A stretch of 64,000 bases of DNA from a virus: positions 1-64,000 of IMG/VR virus record IMGVR_UViG_3300050119_000049, one strand, 5' to 3'. The notes beneath the pieces were generated by a model, which had not been told where the DNA came from, did not search any database, and worked only from the letters and a program-made list of their open reading frames with translations. Position 1 is the first letter of the stretch, and the number at the start of each line of letters is the position of its first letter. This document shows positions 46,539-56,820 of the stretch, piece by piece. Position numbers and translations under genes: made by a program.

Positions 46539-47272
46539 GCGCCGTACTCACGGAATTGGGTGGAGCAGCATTCGCCGCCTACAGCAACGTGCTGACGCTT
46601 GTTCCTCAAGGACAGTTCGTTCCAGCCACCGGCTCACCGATCACGATCGATGCCACGATTGAAGAGCAAGCCACTGATACACTCGAAGTCACTGATCTAC
46701 CGGTCGAAGCGGGCGCAAACATTGGCGATCACTCCTTTGTAAAGCCCGCCAACCTGATCATGCGCTGTGGCTGGTCGAATGCGAACAGCTCAAGCCTGAT
46801 CAACACAGTATCGTCGTTGTTCTCCAGCGGTAGTTCACAGATCGGTTCTGATTCGAGCCCGACGATTTCTGGCGGAAGTATGTCGGTGTCCGATTATGTA
46901 TCCGGCGTCTATTCACAGCTTCTGGCTTTGCAGCAATCACTGCTGCCGTTCACGGTGATTACGTCGATTCGTCAATACACCAACATGATGTTGCTTTCGA
47001 TCTCACTGACTCGTGATCAAAAGACATCTCAAGCGTTGATGGTCACGGCGACGATGAAACAGATCATCATCGTCAACACGCAATCGGCGGTTTTGCCACC
47101 GACGGCGAATCAAGCGACGCCAGCTAACACGGCTGAAACAACGAATTTGGGTCCCCAGAATTTGCAATCGGGTGCTACCCCAGCTCCTGGCGGCTCAGCA
47201 CCGCCGAATGGTTGGCCGCCGGGTAGCGATGAAGCGGCCGGTATATTTACGCCCGATGAGATCTTGAACTGA
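46535..47272 (+). CDS. Tail/baseplate protein (hypothetical)
   Basis: ORF following the TMP. Confidence 0.4.
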   Translation: MSAVLTELGGAAFAAYSNVLTLVPQGQFVPATGSPITIDATIEEQATDTLEVTDLPVEAGANIGDHSFVKPANLIMRCGWSNANSSSLINTVSSLFSSGSSQIGSDSSPTISGGSMSVSDYVSGVYSQLLALQQSLLPFTVITSIRQYTNMMLLSISLTRDQKTSQALMVTATMKQIIIVNTQSAVLPPTANQATPANTAETTNLGPQNLQSGATPAPGGSAPPNGWPPGSDEAAGIFTPDEILN

Positions 47273-47589
47273 TGGCTAGCTTTTACAAGGTCCCGCTTCA
47301 AGCCGCACCTCAGAAATTCACGATCGTTTTAAGTGGCGTGACCTATACGTTGACGATGCAATATCGAAATACGTTGATGGGCGGCTGGATTTTGGATATC
47401 GGAGATGCCAATAACAATCCGATACTTCAAGGCATACCGCTGGTGACTGGCGTCAATCTGCTGGATCAATATGCATATCTCGGATTTGTTGGGGCGTTGT
47501 GGGTTCAAACAACGACCGACCCCGATGAAGTGCCAACGTACGAAAATCTTGGAACTGACGGAAACGTATACTACGTGACGAATCCATGA
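47272..47589 (+). CDS. Tail/baseplate protein (hypothetical)
   Basis: ORF. Confidence 0.4.
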   Translation: MASFYKVPLQAAPQKFTIVLSGVTYTLTMQYRNTLMGGWILDIGDANNNPILQGIPLVTGVNLLDQYAYLGFVGALWVQTTTDPDEVPTYENLGTDGNVYYVTNP

Positions 47590-48584
47590 AACAATATCTT
47601 CGCAAACTCACTTTGATCGTTGCCGATGCCACCGGAAATGGTTTCGACTTCGGCGATTTTCGAGTTGTGTTTTCGGTGAAACGCGGTGATTTTCAAACTC
47701 CCAATTCGCTCGACGCTCGCGTGTTCAACCTGTCGGATAAAACAGCCAAGCTGATCTCTGGAACTGAATTCACACAAGTAATGTTGTCGGCTGGCTATCA
47801 ATTTCCCGGTGAAACAGGGAACGTCGGTGTCTTGTTTCGCGGCACGATCAAGCAATTTCGTCAGGGCCGAATCAATCAAAAAGACTCTTATGTTGACATC
47901 ACGGCGGCTGACGGCGATGAGGCATACAACTTCGCACCCATTTTCGTATCGATTCCAGGTGGAAATAACCAGGGTCAGATCGCTCAGCAGATTCAATCTG
48001 CATTAGCCGCTCAAGGCATCAATCAAAAAATCACCATGGGCTACATGCCCAATTTGCCTCCGAACAATCTGGTTCGAGGCAAAGTGCTATACGGCATGGC
48101 TCGAGATGAAGCACGCGATTTTGCTTGGGCGAATAGCTGTAAGTGGAGTATTCAAGATGGCGCTTTCACCCTTATACCCTACACCTCGTACATTGCGGGC
48201 GGAGCGGTTCCGCTCATTTCAGTGGCGACTGGCCTGTTGGGTGTCCCTGAGCAAACTCAGGCTGGCATTAATATCAAGACATTACTTAACCCGAATATTA
48301 AAATTGGGCAATTGATCCAGCTCGATTCTCAAATTAATCAGTTTCGCCTCGGCCTTGATCTACCGTCACAAGCTACGAATCCTCTCTTGGCTACATCGAC
48401 TGTCACGAATCAGCAAGGCCTGTATTACGTGATGGTAGCGAACCACGTCGGTGATACTCGCGGTCAAGACTGGTATTCAGATCTGGTGTGTTTGGCGATC
48501 GATGCCACGGTGCCCTCGGCTGACGCGATCAATGCCTTGTTCAAAATCGGGCCCGTGCCCATCGCTCGATACGGCGGAACTTAA
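47586..48584 (+). CDS. Tail protein (Mu gpP / P2 gpD-like)
   Basis: Position before the baseplate V/W/J/I block. Size about 330 aa. Confidence 0.45.
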   Translation: MKQYLRKLTLIVADATGNGFDFGDFRVVFSVKRGDFQTPNSLDARVFNLSDKTAKLISGTEFTQVMLSAGYQFPGETGNVGVLFRGTIKQFRQGRINQKDSYVDITAADGDEAYNFAPIFVSIPGGNNQGQIAQQIQSALAAQGINQKITMGYMPNLPPNNLVRGKVLYGMARDEARDFAWANSCKWSIQDGAFTLIPYTSYIAGGAVPLISVATGLLGVPEQTQAGINIKTLLNPNIKIGQLIQLDSQINQFRLGLDLPSQATNPLLATSTVTNQQGLYYVMVANHVGDTRGQDWYSDLVCLAIDATVPSADAINALFKIGPVPIARYGGT

Positions 48585-48585
48585 G

Positions 48586-49299
48586 ATGGATCAACGAGAA
48601 CGATACCCAGACCCAGCCGAATCAATGCGGCTGGCAATGCAGTATTGGCAGTCACGGCAATGGGGGGCTTTACCGGCGATCGTCAAAGCATTTCCGTCAG
48701 TGTCGGGATTAGGTCCGATGATTGCCGACGTACAGCCTACTGTCAACGGTCAAGCATTGACGCAGATGGGCACGTTCTCGAGCTTACAAATGCCCGTGCT
48801 ACTCGATTGTCCCGTGCTATGGATGGGAGGCGGCGGTGCTACACTGACCTTTCCAATTGCGAAGGACGACGAATGTCTCGTCATTTTTGCTTCTCGATGC
48901 ATCGATGCTTGGTGGCAACAAGGCGCAGCATCCGGTCCTAACCCAGGTCGTGATCCCCCGGACTTACGAATGCACAGCTTGTCTGACGGCTTCGTGCTGG
49001 TCGGAGTTAAGTCATTACCCGAGTCGTTCGCTGTTGATCTGTCGAATGTATCTTTGATGAGTGATGACGGTAATTGCTCAATCAAAATGAATCCGACGGC
49101 TCATTCGATCGCAATGATAGCCCCCGGCGGAATCACAATGAATAAAGTGACGATTGATTCCAATGGCAATGTCGTCTCACCAGCCATCATCACCGGAGCC
49201 GACGTAAAGAACAGCGTCGGTACGAGCTTGACGACTCACACCACATCCGGAGTGACGACAGGCACGGGTACTTCGGGCAAGCCGGTTGTGGGAAGCTGA
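48586..49299 (+). CDS. Baseplate hub/spike protein (gpV-like)
   Basis: Start at MDQRERYPDP (TAAGATG). Gly-rich C-terminal spike-like tail. Position before the W-like and J-like genes. Confidence 0.5.
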   Translation: MDQRERYPDPAESMRLAMQYWQSRQWGALPAIVKAFPSVSGLGPMIADVQPTVNGQALTQMGTFSSLQMPVLLDCPVLWMGGGGATLTFPIAKDDECLVIFASRCIDAWWQQGAASGPNPGRDPPDLRMHSLSDGFVLVGVKSLPESFAVDLSNVSLMSDDGNCSIKMNPTAHSIAMIAPGGITMNKVTIDSNGNVVSPAIITGADVKNSVGTSLTTHTTSGVTTGTGTSGKPVVGS

Positions 49300-49651
49300 T
49301 ATGCAATATCGTCCCCTAGATTCGAACGGCGATTACACCGTCGGTGTGCCGTTTCTTATCAACTCACCGGCTTGTGTCGGCCAAGCGATCAGCACGCGAC
49401 TCAAGTTGTGGATGGGCGAATGGTTCTTGGATCAAACTGAAGGTACGCCGTGGAGTCAATCGATTCTGGGTCGCAGCTCGAATCCCGATGCTTATATCAA
49501 GCAACGAATCTTGGGAACGATCGCTGTGACCGCCATCTTGACTTATACCAGCACGTACACGGGCAGTAATCGAGCCTTCAACGTATCAGGCACCGTATCA
49601 ACGCTGTACGGCAATGCTTCCTTCTCCGCCACATTGAATCCGGTGACTTAA
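49286..49651 (+). CDS. Baseplate protein (gpW / gp25-like)
   Basis: 121 aa. Position between the V-like and J-like genes. Confidence 0.45.
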   Translation: MWEADMQYRPLDSNGDYTVGVPFLINSPACVGQAISTRLKLWMGEWFLDQTEGTPWSQSILGRSSNPDAYIKQRILGTIAVTAILTYTSTYTGSNRAFNVSGTVSTLYGNASFSATLNPVT

Positions 49652-50850
49652 TGGCTTCATCTACCGCTCCGATCATTTCGGCTACGGGCATCAGTGCACC
49701 GACATACGCTCAAATCCTGGCGTATTTGACCGCGCAATATCAAGCCATCTTCGGCGCTGACGTATACATAGATCCAGACAGCCAGGATGGTCAATTGTTG
49801 GCCGTATTTGCTCAAGCGATCAGCGACGCCAATTCAGCGGCTATTGCTGTATACAACTCATTCAGTCCATCGACAGCGCAAGGCGCTGGCCTGTCAAATA
49901 ACGTGCAGATCAACGGTTTGTCACGACTCGTGCCGTCGTTCTCTACGGCTCCCGTCATGATTCAAGGGATACCGACCAGTACGATCACCGGCGGTCAAGC
50001 CACAGATGAGAATAATAACGTTTGGCTACTCCCGACACCGATTACGATTCCAGCTTCAGGAACATTGTTGACTACGGTCACGGCTCAATCCCAAGGTGCG
50101 ATTGCCGCTCCGGCCGGAACGATCAATGAAATCAATACTCCGACATATGGCTGGACTAACATCATCAGCACAGCAGATGCCAGTGTCGGCTCGCCTGTAG
50201 AAACTGATGCCGCTTTGCGCATACGCCAGTCCAATTCGGTAGCATTGCCATCGCTGACGATCTTCGAAGGCATCGTCGCAGCTATCGAGCAAGTGTCCGG
50301 CGTGACTCGTGTCAAAGGATATGAGAATAACACGTCAGTCAACATGACCCTCATTGGTGGAACGTTGCCGCCGAACAACCTGGATTTCATTGTCGAAAAT
50401 GGCTTGGCATTGTCGATCGCTCAGGCAATTTTCGCCAAGATCACGCCAGGAATACCAACCTGGAATGCCGGTGGCGTCAATAATATTGCATCGACGCTCA
50501 CTGATGCCGCTGGCTCGACTCGCTTGATCAATTTTCAAACTCCCACTAATGCTTCGATCAGTGCCGCGATCACGATCAATCCACTGAATGGCTGGTCACC
50601 AACTACTGAGGCTTTGATTCAAACGGCTTTGGCTGCTTATTTGAATGGATTGCCGATCGGGGCCAACATCAGTTATTTCGCATTGATTCCGTTGGCTTTG
50701 CTGGTCGGAACTCCTCAATACGGAACATTTGAAATCACGGCGATGACTATCAAGCTGAACTCAGGAGCCGCCGTCACGGCTGATATTCAATTGAATTACA
50801 ACCAAGCTCCTATCAGCAATGCGACGCTTATCACCTTCACGGTGCTGTAA
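49651..50850 (+). CDS. Baseplate J-like protein
   Basis: About 400 aa. Position and synteny (W-J-I). Confidence 0.5.
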   Translation: MASSTAPIISATGISAPTYAQILAYLTAQYQAIFGADVYIDPDSQDGQLLAVFAQAISDANSAAIAVYNSFSPSTAQGAGLSNNVQINGLSRLVPSFSTAPVMIQGIPTSTITGGQATDENNNVWLLPTPITIPASGTLLTTVTAQSQGAIAAPAGTINEINTPTYGWTNIISTADASVGSPVETDAALRIRQSNSVALPSLTIFEGIVAAIEQVSGVTRVKGYENNTSVNMTLIGGTLPPNNLDFIVENGLALSIAQAIFAKITPGIPTWNAGGVNNIASTLTDAAGSTRLINFQTPTNASISAAITINPLNGWSPTTEALIQTALAAYLNGLPIGANISYFALIPLALLVGTPQYGTFEITAMTIKLNSGAAVTADIQLNYNQAPISNATLITFTVL

Positions 50851-51488
50851 TGGGATTACCAACTGGTGACCTTTCAAGCTCGGCTCCGTACGCTGGATTG
50901 ATTACTAGCGAGCATAATCAAAAGCCGAATTTCATGTCAGTAGTTTCTGTGCTGACGGCTGGTATTGCTGATACAACCAATCTGATTCAAAGTCTGCCAA
51001 ACGCATTCAACTTGAATGGTGATGCCGTAGGCGCACAGCTCGACATTCTCGGGCTATGGATCGGTCAGTCACGTATCATCGATAACATTTTGGTCGCGGG
51101 TTATTTCGGATTTTCTGAAGCATCGTCCGGCTTACCTGACGGGTTGCAATTACCATTTGGCGAATTGACGAATATCTCAATCGGCGGTCTTTTCTATGAT
51201 CTAGGTGACGCATCGTCATCGACTTCGGTGCTGAGTGATCCGGGCTATTTGACCGTTTTGCGCGCTCGCATCTGCCGCAATCAATCGAATGGTACGTTAT
51301 CAGCATTAGAAAACGCTCTTGAATTCATTTTCGGCGTCGGCTGCTCCGTAGCCGATCCGGGAACTTTGAAACTATCGATCAACGTTTCCGAACCCATTAC
51401 TCCTCTTGATCAGGCTTTGCTCAGCTCACTGGACATTTTGCCTCGTCCGGCTGGCGTGCAGATTGTTAGCATCACGTATACTGCTTAA
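50850..51488 (+). CDS. Tail protein I-like (baseplate wedge)
   Basis: Position after the J-like gene. Size about 210 aa. Confidence 0.45.
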   Translation: MGLPTGDLSSSAPYAGLITSEHNQKPNFMSVVSVLTAGIADTTNLIQSLPNAFNLNGDAVGAQLDILGLWIGQSRIIDNILVAGYFGFSEASSGLPDGLQLPFGELTNISIGGLFYDLGDASSSTSVLSDPGYLTVLRARICRNQSNGTLSALENALEFIFGVGCSVADPGTLKLSINVSEPITPLDQALLSSLDILPRPAGVQIVSITYTA

Positions 51489-51497
51489 GGATGATAC

Positions 51498-52385
51498 ATG
51501 ACGATTATCTACACCAAACCGACAGTACGTAATGCTTGGGCTGACACGGCGGTTCCGACCACGGATATCGTTGATCCAGGAAATGCATTCGTCACGGCGG
51601 GCTGGTTGCAAAGCGCGATAGCTCCAGCTCGGCAGTATTTCAATTGGCTTTTGAATTGGGCTTCGGCTGGAATTCGATATTTCATGCAGCGAGGCATTGT
51701 TGATTGGGACACGGCTGAGCTATATCAGTCGGGTGCCGTCGTTCAACAGGGTGGATTTGTTTATCAGTCGTTGGTGAATAACAACACTGGACAAAATCCG
51801 GCCACTACTCCTGCTTCTTGGGGACCTCTCGAAGGCTATGCGACGCTGGTCAATTTGAACAGCTATGTCCTGACTACTACACTGGCTACTGATTTGGCGC
51901 TATATGCGCCTAAAGCGTCGCCGACATTGACGGGTGTACCGTTGACTTCGACCGCGGCCACGAACAGCGCCACTGGTCAGATTTCTAACGGTGCGTATAC
52001 TGTCGCCACAGCCACTTCGATCGCCATCACTGAAGCGGCTGCCGCCGTAGTTGGCTTAGCGCCCCTCGCATCGCCGCCGCTCACGGGCGTTCCGACAGCA
52101 CCGACCGCCGCTGCCACTGTGAATAATACGCAGATTGCCAGCACTGCCTATGTGACTCGAGCGGTGAATGCTCAACTTGTCAAAGCCGGCATTGCTCGAG
52201 GTCTGGCGGCTTCTCCAGGCAATTTCGTTCCTTTTCCGACGGCTTTTCCGACAGCTTGCTCTGCCGTCGTGGCAACAGCTTACGGAGCGAATGCCACCGT
52301 ATTGGTGTTGAGCTTTACCAAAACTGGATTTTATTTGATCAATGGAGTGAACGGTGATTGCACCTGGATAGCAGTCGGAAGTTAA
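51498..52385 (+). CDS. Tail fiber protein
   Basis: Two copies of the phage tail-fiber repeat SP(T/P)LTGVP..TAA..N.TQIA.TAYV. C-terminal receptor-binding-like region. Confidence 0.65.
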   Translation: MTIIYTKPTVRNAWADTAVPTTDIVDPGNAFVTAGWLQSAIAPARQYFNWLLNWASAGIRYFMQRGIVDWDTAELYQSGAVVQQGGFVYQSLVNNNTGQNPATTPASWGPLEGYATLVNLNSYVLTTTLATDLALYAPKASPTLTGVPLTSTAATNSATGQISNGAYTVATATSIAITEAAAAVVGLAPLASPPLTGVPTAPTAAATVNNTQIASTAYVTRAVNAQLVKAGIARGLAASPGNFVPFPTAFPTACSAVVATAYGANATVLVLSFTKTGFYLINGVNGDCTWIAVGS

Positions 52386-52408
52386 TCAACGTTTGATAGG
52401 AGAAAAAA

Positions 52409-52708
52409 TTGAGTGATCCTGTTCCTCAGACTTGGCTCATTCCCGGATTCCTCGGATTACTCACCAGCATCTTCGTCTATTTTCGTCGCAAAATCGATCG
52501 AACAGATGAAAGGCTTCAATTGATCGAGAGGACTGCGGTGACACATGCCGAATTGGCCGAGATAATGAAATTGTCCGAAGCCCGAGCCGCTTTAGCAGAT
52601 CAGCGGATCGAGCTTCGGCATAAAGAAAACTCGGATAATTTTCGTGAAATGCGACTTCAATTGGAAAGTGTCAACAGTAAGTTGTTCGAATTGGCGACCC
52701 AGAAATGA
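52409..52708 (+). CDS. Lysis-associated membrane/coiled-coil protein (holin or spanin candidate)
   Basis: N-terminal TM LIPGFLGLLTSIFVYF, then coiled coil. Immediately upstream of the endolysin. Confidence 0.45.
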   Translation: MSDPVPQTWLIPGFLGLLTSIFVYFRRKIDRTDERLQLIERTAVTHAELAEIMKLSEARAALADQRIELRHKENSDNFREMRLQLESVNSKLFELATQK

Positions 52709-53154
52709 GTGACTCCTGGAAGTCCGCCGGACAAGGCCCGATTTATGTGCCGCTGCTGAATGCTGCGGAGATCAAATACTCAATTCCTACTGATTTGTTG
52801 GCCCGCATTGCATTTCAAGAGTCGAGCTTCAGACCTGGAGTGATCAATGGAGCTATTCGATCATCGGCTAATTGTGTCGGCTTGATGCAATTGAATCCAG
52901 TGTATTACCCGAATGCTGGAAAAGATCCAGTAGTCGATATCGATGACGCTGCCGATTTGCTGATGAATCTATACACTCGATTTCGAGATTGGCAAGTCGC
53001 AGTGGCCGCGTACAACTGGGGTGGCGGTAACGTGCATCACGAATACGCGATCGATGCTGACAAGTATGTTCTGGCCGATATGCCGGATCAGACTCAAAAT
53101 TACGTCAAGAACGTTTTCACTGACGTTCCAATTTCTGGCGCTTTACTGTCTTAG
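52705..53154 (+). CDS. Endolysin, lytic transglycosylase (SLT domain)
   Basis: AFQESSFRP ... CVGLMQL catalytic Glu and SLT motifs. Confidence 0.75.
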   Translation: MSDSWKSAGQGPIYVPLLNAAEIKYSIPTDLLARIAFQESSFRPGVINGAIRSSANCVGLMQLNPVYYPNAGKDPVVDIDDAADLLMNLYTRFRDWQVAVAAYNWGGGNVHHEYAIDADKYVLADMPDQTQNYVKNVFTDVPISGALLS

Positions 53155-53163
53155 GAGATTTCG

Positions 53164-53454
53164 ATGGCTGATCCAAATAATGAATTTCCGAATACACTGC
53201 CTTTCCTGCATTCCCCGGTATTCATAGGCATCGTGGTATCTTTCGCCTCACACGCTTTAGCGATGTTCGGCAAGCACGTTGCTCCCGACATACTGAATAA
53301 CTTCGTTCAAAATGGCCTCGAGTGTGTGTCGCTTGCCGCCGCTGGCTATGCAGCGTATAAACGCTGGCGTGCCCCGATTCAGCCGTTGACGATCAAGAAA
53401 GCTGATGAGGTGGCCGTTGACCCTTTATCGAAAACTCCGGAGATTCCAAAATGA
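53164..53454 (+). CDS. Membrane protein (holin candidate)
   Basis: Two hydrophobic helices, FIGIVVSFASHALAMF and CVSLAAAGYAAY. Confidence 0.4.
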   Translation: MADPNNEFPNTLPFLHSPVFIGIVVSFASHALAMFGKHVAPDILNNFVQNGLECVSLAAAGYAAYKRWRAPIQPLTIKKADEVAVDPLSKTPEIPK

Positions 53455-53720
53455 CTACTTCTGTAGGCCAGGCTATACTGGCAATGTTCGAAAGCGATAT
53501 CGTGAGCAGTGCCGGTGCGCCGCTCGTTACGTTGATCACGGCGCTGCAAGCCAACAAGGGTAACTTGCTCGCGCAAGAAGCTGCATGGCTTCAGTTTGTG
53601 GCCGCCGCTCCAACGGCTGGAATCAGTCTCGAGATAGAAGTCGAGGGACAATTGCTTTCGGCTATCCTTACGAAGGTTCAAGCCGAGATTGCCGCTAAGG
53701 CGACAAAAGCAGTCGCTTAA
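53451..53720 (+). CDS. Hypothetical protein
   Basis: ORF. Confidence 0.35.
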   Translation: MTTSVGQAILAMFESDIVSSAGAPLVTLITALQANKGNLLAQEAAWLQFVAAAPTAGISLEIEVEGQLLSAILTKVQAEIAAKATKAVA

Positions 53721-53963
53721 ATGGCCGCTGTACTCGGCGGAATGACCGTTCTCCAATTGGCTGAGCTTGCCGCAGCCATCAATGGTGGGGCATTGTCACT
53801 CATCAAGATCGTTGATGATCTCCGTTCGAAGGGAGCCAAGGACACGGATGTCCTCCCTATCGAACATCAGGATCAAGTGGCCGACACCTTTCGGGGCATC
53901 GTGACTCACATGGACACGCTCGATCCAGCTCAGTCGTTCATTCAGAACACTTTAGGAAAATAA
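53721..53963 (+). CDS. Hypothetical protein
   Basis: ORF. Confidence 0.35.
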   Translation: MAAVLGGMTVLQLAELAAAINGGALSLIKIVDDLRSKGAKDTDVLPIEHQDQVADTFRGIVTHMDTLDPAQSFIQNTLGK

Positions 53964-54464
53964 ATGGCTGAGATTGCCATCGATGCTTTACTCGGGCCAG
54001 GTTGGCTGTCACGAACCATCGCCTGGTACGGTAATGGCTATGGCGGTTATTCTCATGCGGCCGGTGTATTGGCCGATGGTCGTTATCTGGATGCTAGAAA
54101 CGACGTGATCGCCGGTGTACCGGCGGGCGTGCAGATTCGCCGTGCCACCACTGAGAAATCGATCAAGCGAACTCGAGCCTCATTGACTGTCAGTCAAGCC
54201 GAGTATGATGACTGGGAAGCCAACCTTCGAGCCAAGATCACCGATGATTACGGAAGAACCGATATCATCGATTTCATCACCGGTCGAAACAAGCACGATG
54301 CGGGTCACTGGATTTGCTCGGCATTGCAGATCAACGCTCTTCAGCACATCAAGCGAGTGCCATTTCCGTTATACGTTCCAGCTCATCAAATCACTCCAAA
54401 CGCTTTGCTATTGATCGTTCAAGCGATCGGCTTTAAAATCACCGAGATGACTGCCAATGTTTAA
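53964..54464 (+). CDS. Hypothetical protein with possible Cys/His hydrolase motifs
   Basis: YSHAAGV ... GHWICSALQ. Possibly a permuted papain/CHAP-like fold. Speculative. Confidence 0.3.
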   Translation: MAEIAIDALLGPGWLSRTIAWYGNGYGGYSHAAGVLADGRYLDARNDVIAGVPAGVQIRRATTEKSIKRTRASLTVSQAEYDDWEANLRAKITDDYGRTDIIDFITGRNKHDAGHWICSALQINALQHIKRVPFPLYVPAHQITPNALLLIVQAIGFKITEMTANV

Positions 54465-54813
54465 ATTCAGACGAATCGTTTTACAGTCTCTCAAACTACT
54501 CATTGATCAAGGAAAAATTATCATGGCTCAAATCGATACTCTCAACACTGCCATCGCGCAGCTTCAATCCGATGTCAGCACGCTTACGACATCCGTCACT
54601 ACTGAGAATACGAACATCGCGGGCGAAGTCGCCGCGCTGCAAGCACAGATTGCCGCGCTGCAATCGTCCAATCCGAGCGTCGATTTGACTGCCGTCATTG
54701 CGTCAGTGGGTGCGATCGATACTTCAGTGCAAGCGATCAATGCCGCTGTCGTCGCCGCAACGCCTGCCGTTGCTGCCTCAGCATCAGCCGCTACGGCAGC
54801 CGCCAAAGCCTAA
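54457..54813 (+). CDS. Ala-rich coiled-coil protein
   Basis: Heptad-like IAQLQSDVSTLT...VAALQAQIAALQ. Confidence 0.35.
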   Translation: MFKFRRIVLQSLKLLIDQGKIIMAQIDTLNTAIAQLQSDVSTLTTSVTTENTNIAGEVAALQAQIAALQSSNPSVDLTAVIASVGAIDTSVQAINAAVVAATPAVAASASAATAAAKA

Positions 54814-55114
54814 ATTCGCTGCTGGCACTGCCCGTTTGCCGAGGGCATGACAATATCGGCCGAGTTAGTCACTCAAAACGCCCCCAAATCGTCAATTTAA
54901 GCCGCCTTGGCTGGCCGATCGTCAAAAATTGATAGCCATGCACGGCTCAGCCGCCGATCGCCGCTTAAATCGCCCCAAAATCGGCCGTTGATTCACTGCA
55001 CCATCGCGAGCCATTCGATTCAATCGGCCCGATGTCGAACGAACGTGTAGACTCTCGTGCGGCCACTAGAATCGGTCATTGAAATCGTGATCTCCGATCG
55101 TTCATAGGTTCCGG

Positions 55115-55143
55115 CTATATTCCAGCTATATTCCAGCTATATG
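55115..55143. repeat. Tandem 11-mer CTATATTCCAG x2.5 in the convergent intergenic region
   Basis: gctatattccag-ctatattccag-ctatatg read directly from the sequence. Confidence 0.8.
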
Positions 55144-55260
55144 AACTGTAATCCCATCCACCAACTGGCGGTAGAAAGATCGTACGCTTCGGCACTATCA
55201 ATTCCGGCACGATCAACGCCGCTCCCGCCGCTCCAATCAATCCAAACAATTCTCGCCGAT

Positions 55261-55944
55261 TCACAGCGTCGTCTCAAAGAATCCCGCCGCTACCGGAACG
55301 ATCGGTCGTATCAGCTCGAGAATTGCTTGAGCGTACACACGAATCTCGTACTGCGCATGTTCATGCAGTCGCAGTTTCAAAAAGTGCATCAAATTGTGTA
55401 AGTCGACAGTGGCAAACATACGGCTGTACGTCGCCAGCGGCAACACAGTGCGAGCGAGCTCTCTCGGGCACCCCCGCTCAAGCATGGCCTCGTATATCTG
55501 AAAAGATGATTTGCACTGCTGCTCGATAAGCCACGCCATGTTCTGGGCTCGGGGATGTTGCTCACTTGTACGAATCTGCTTGTTCGATTCGGATTGAGTC
55601 GTGATTTGCTCAAGTGCCGGGATATAAAATTCTTCTTTCAGTGGGGCATAGCGTGCCGACAGTTCAGAGTAGCTCCATGTTCGATGCCGATGCCACTGAC
55701 GAAAAACGAAGATCGGAGCTTTTACTTCGAACGTAAATACCACATGCTCAAACGGCGACGTATGCAAGTGTTGCATCATGTAGCCGATCAGCTTTGAATC
55801 CTTACCTTCTTCGGCTCCGCTACGCCAGTCGGCGTCATAGCTGACCCTCGCCGCACGCACGATCGACAAGTCAGAACCCTTGTGATCGACCAGCCGCACA
55901 AATCCTTTATCCAATACATTGATCATTCGATGACCTCCAAACAT
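55261..55944 (-). CDS. thyX: Flavin-dependent thymidylate synthase ThyX
   Basis: ThyX signature FRQWHRHRTWSYSELSARY (RHR...S.RY motif). Confidence 0.85.
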   Translation of the reverse strand: MFGGHRMINVLDKGFVRLVDHKGSDLSIVRAARVSYDADWRSGAEEGKDSKLIGYMMQHLHTSPFEHVVFTFEVKAPIFVFRQWHRHRTWSYSELSARYAPLKEEFYIPALEQITTQSESNKQIRTSEQHPRAQNMAWLIEQQCKSSFQIYEAMLERGCPRELARTVLPLATYSRMFATVDLHNLMHFLKLRLHEHAQYEIRVYAQAILELIRPIVPVAAGFFETTL

Positions 55945-56372
55945 TTTACGGGAATGAAGAATGTTCCGTTTCTATCGAATTTTACTTGAGCTAAAACTCC
56001 ATCGCGTTCATCAACCGTTGGAGATAGCTGATTGCATGTTCCAAGCTCTCCTACCTTCAACGACCACTCAGGTTTCCATGTAATCTTCGTTAATCGTACG
56101 CGAGTTCCGGGCTTGAGCTGAGGGGCTATCGACATGTGAAAGAAGTCTTCGGCCATTTTGCGAGACTTTTTGATGGTTTCGATTTCACGATTCAGATACC
56201 AGGCGGCTTTTTCTAAATCATGAAGCTCGGCATTGACATCCTTCTTACCAGCTCGGCTGATGTACTTAACCGTATTGCCGAGACAAAATCCTAGTTTCCA
56301 AGCCTCGATGACTTTGATTGCCTCATACGTCGTGTCGCCGCCATAGTATTGCGGATGATTTATGTCACTCAC
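55923..56372 (-). CDS. DUF3310-family phage protein
   Basis: HPQYYGGDTTYEAIKVIEAWKLGFCLGNTVKYISRAGKK matches the DUF3310 N-terminal pattern common near phage nucleotide-metabolism genes. Confidence 0.5.
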   Translation of the reverse strand: MSDINHPQYYGGDTTYEAIKVIEAWKLGFCLGNTVKYISRAGKKDVNAELHDLEKAAWYLNREIETIKKSRKMAEDFFHMSIAPQLKPGTRVRLTKITWKPEWSLKVGELGTCNQLSPTVDERDGVLAQVKFDRNGTFFIPVKCLEVIE

Positions 56373-56754
56373 TGATAAAATCCTTCTGCCACTGAATAGC
56401 CGCTGTATGTACGCCCGCCGCGATCATAAGTCCTGCAATAGCCGCCACGCCGCACGAGAAGCCGTCGTGATGCGATAGTGTATAGCCGATCCAGCCAGCA
56501 ATGACGCTCCAGCTCAGCGTGAACAAAATCGCAATCAACGATTGAAACGGCTGACGCCAAATGCCGATCATCAAAACTAGAAATGCAACTAAGCCCCAGC
56601 CTAACGACTGAAACGTCACACCTACGAAAATCGAAACAGCCAAAACCTCAAGTGCCAAGAAATTGAACATCTGCGTATTGAACAACGCACGCTCAACTTG
56701 AACTGTGTTGCTTCTGAATCCCATCATATTCTCCTTATGCCCCTGCCCGCTCAC
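56365..56754 (-). CDS. Integral membrane protein (3-4 TM helices)
   Basis: Hydrophobic stretches throughout. Confidence 0.4.
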   Translation of the reverse strand: MSGQGHKENMMGFRSNTVQVERALFNTQMFNFLALEVLAVSIFVGVTFQSLGWGLVAFLVLMIGIWRQPFQSLIAILFTLSWSVIAGWIGYTLSHHDGFSCGVAAIAGLMIAAGVHTAAIQWQKDFISE

Positions 56755-56820
56755 TCCGGGAATATCCCGTCGTTCCAGCTACCAGGGCTGGCTTCGCATC
56801 AGAGTGAGCGGGCCGGAACT

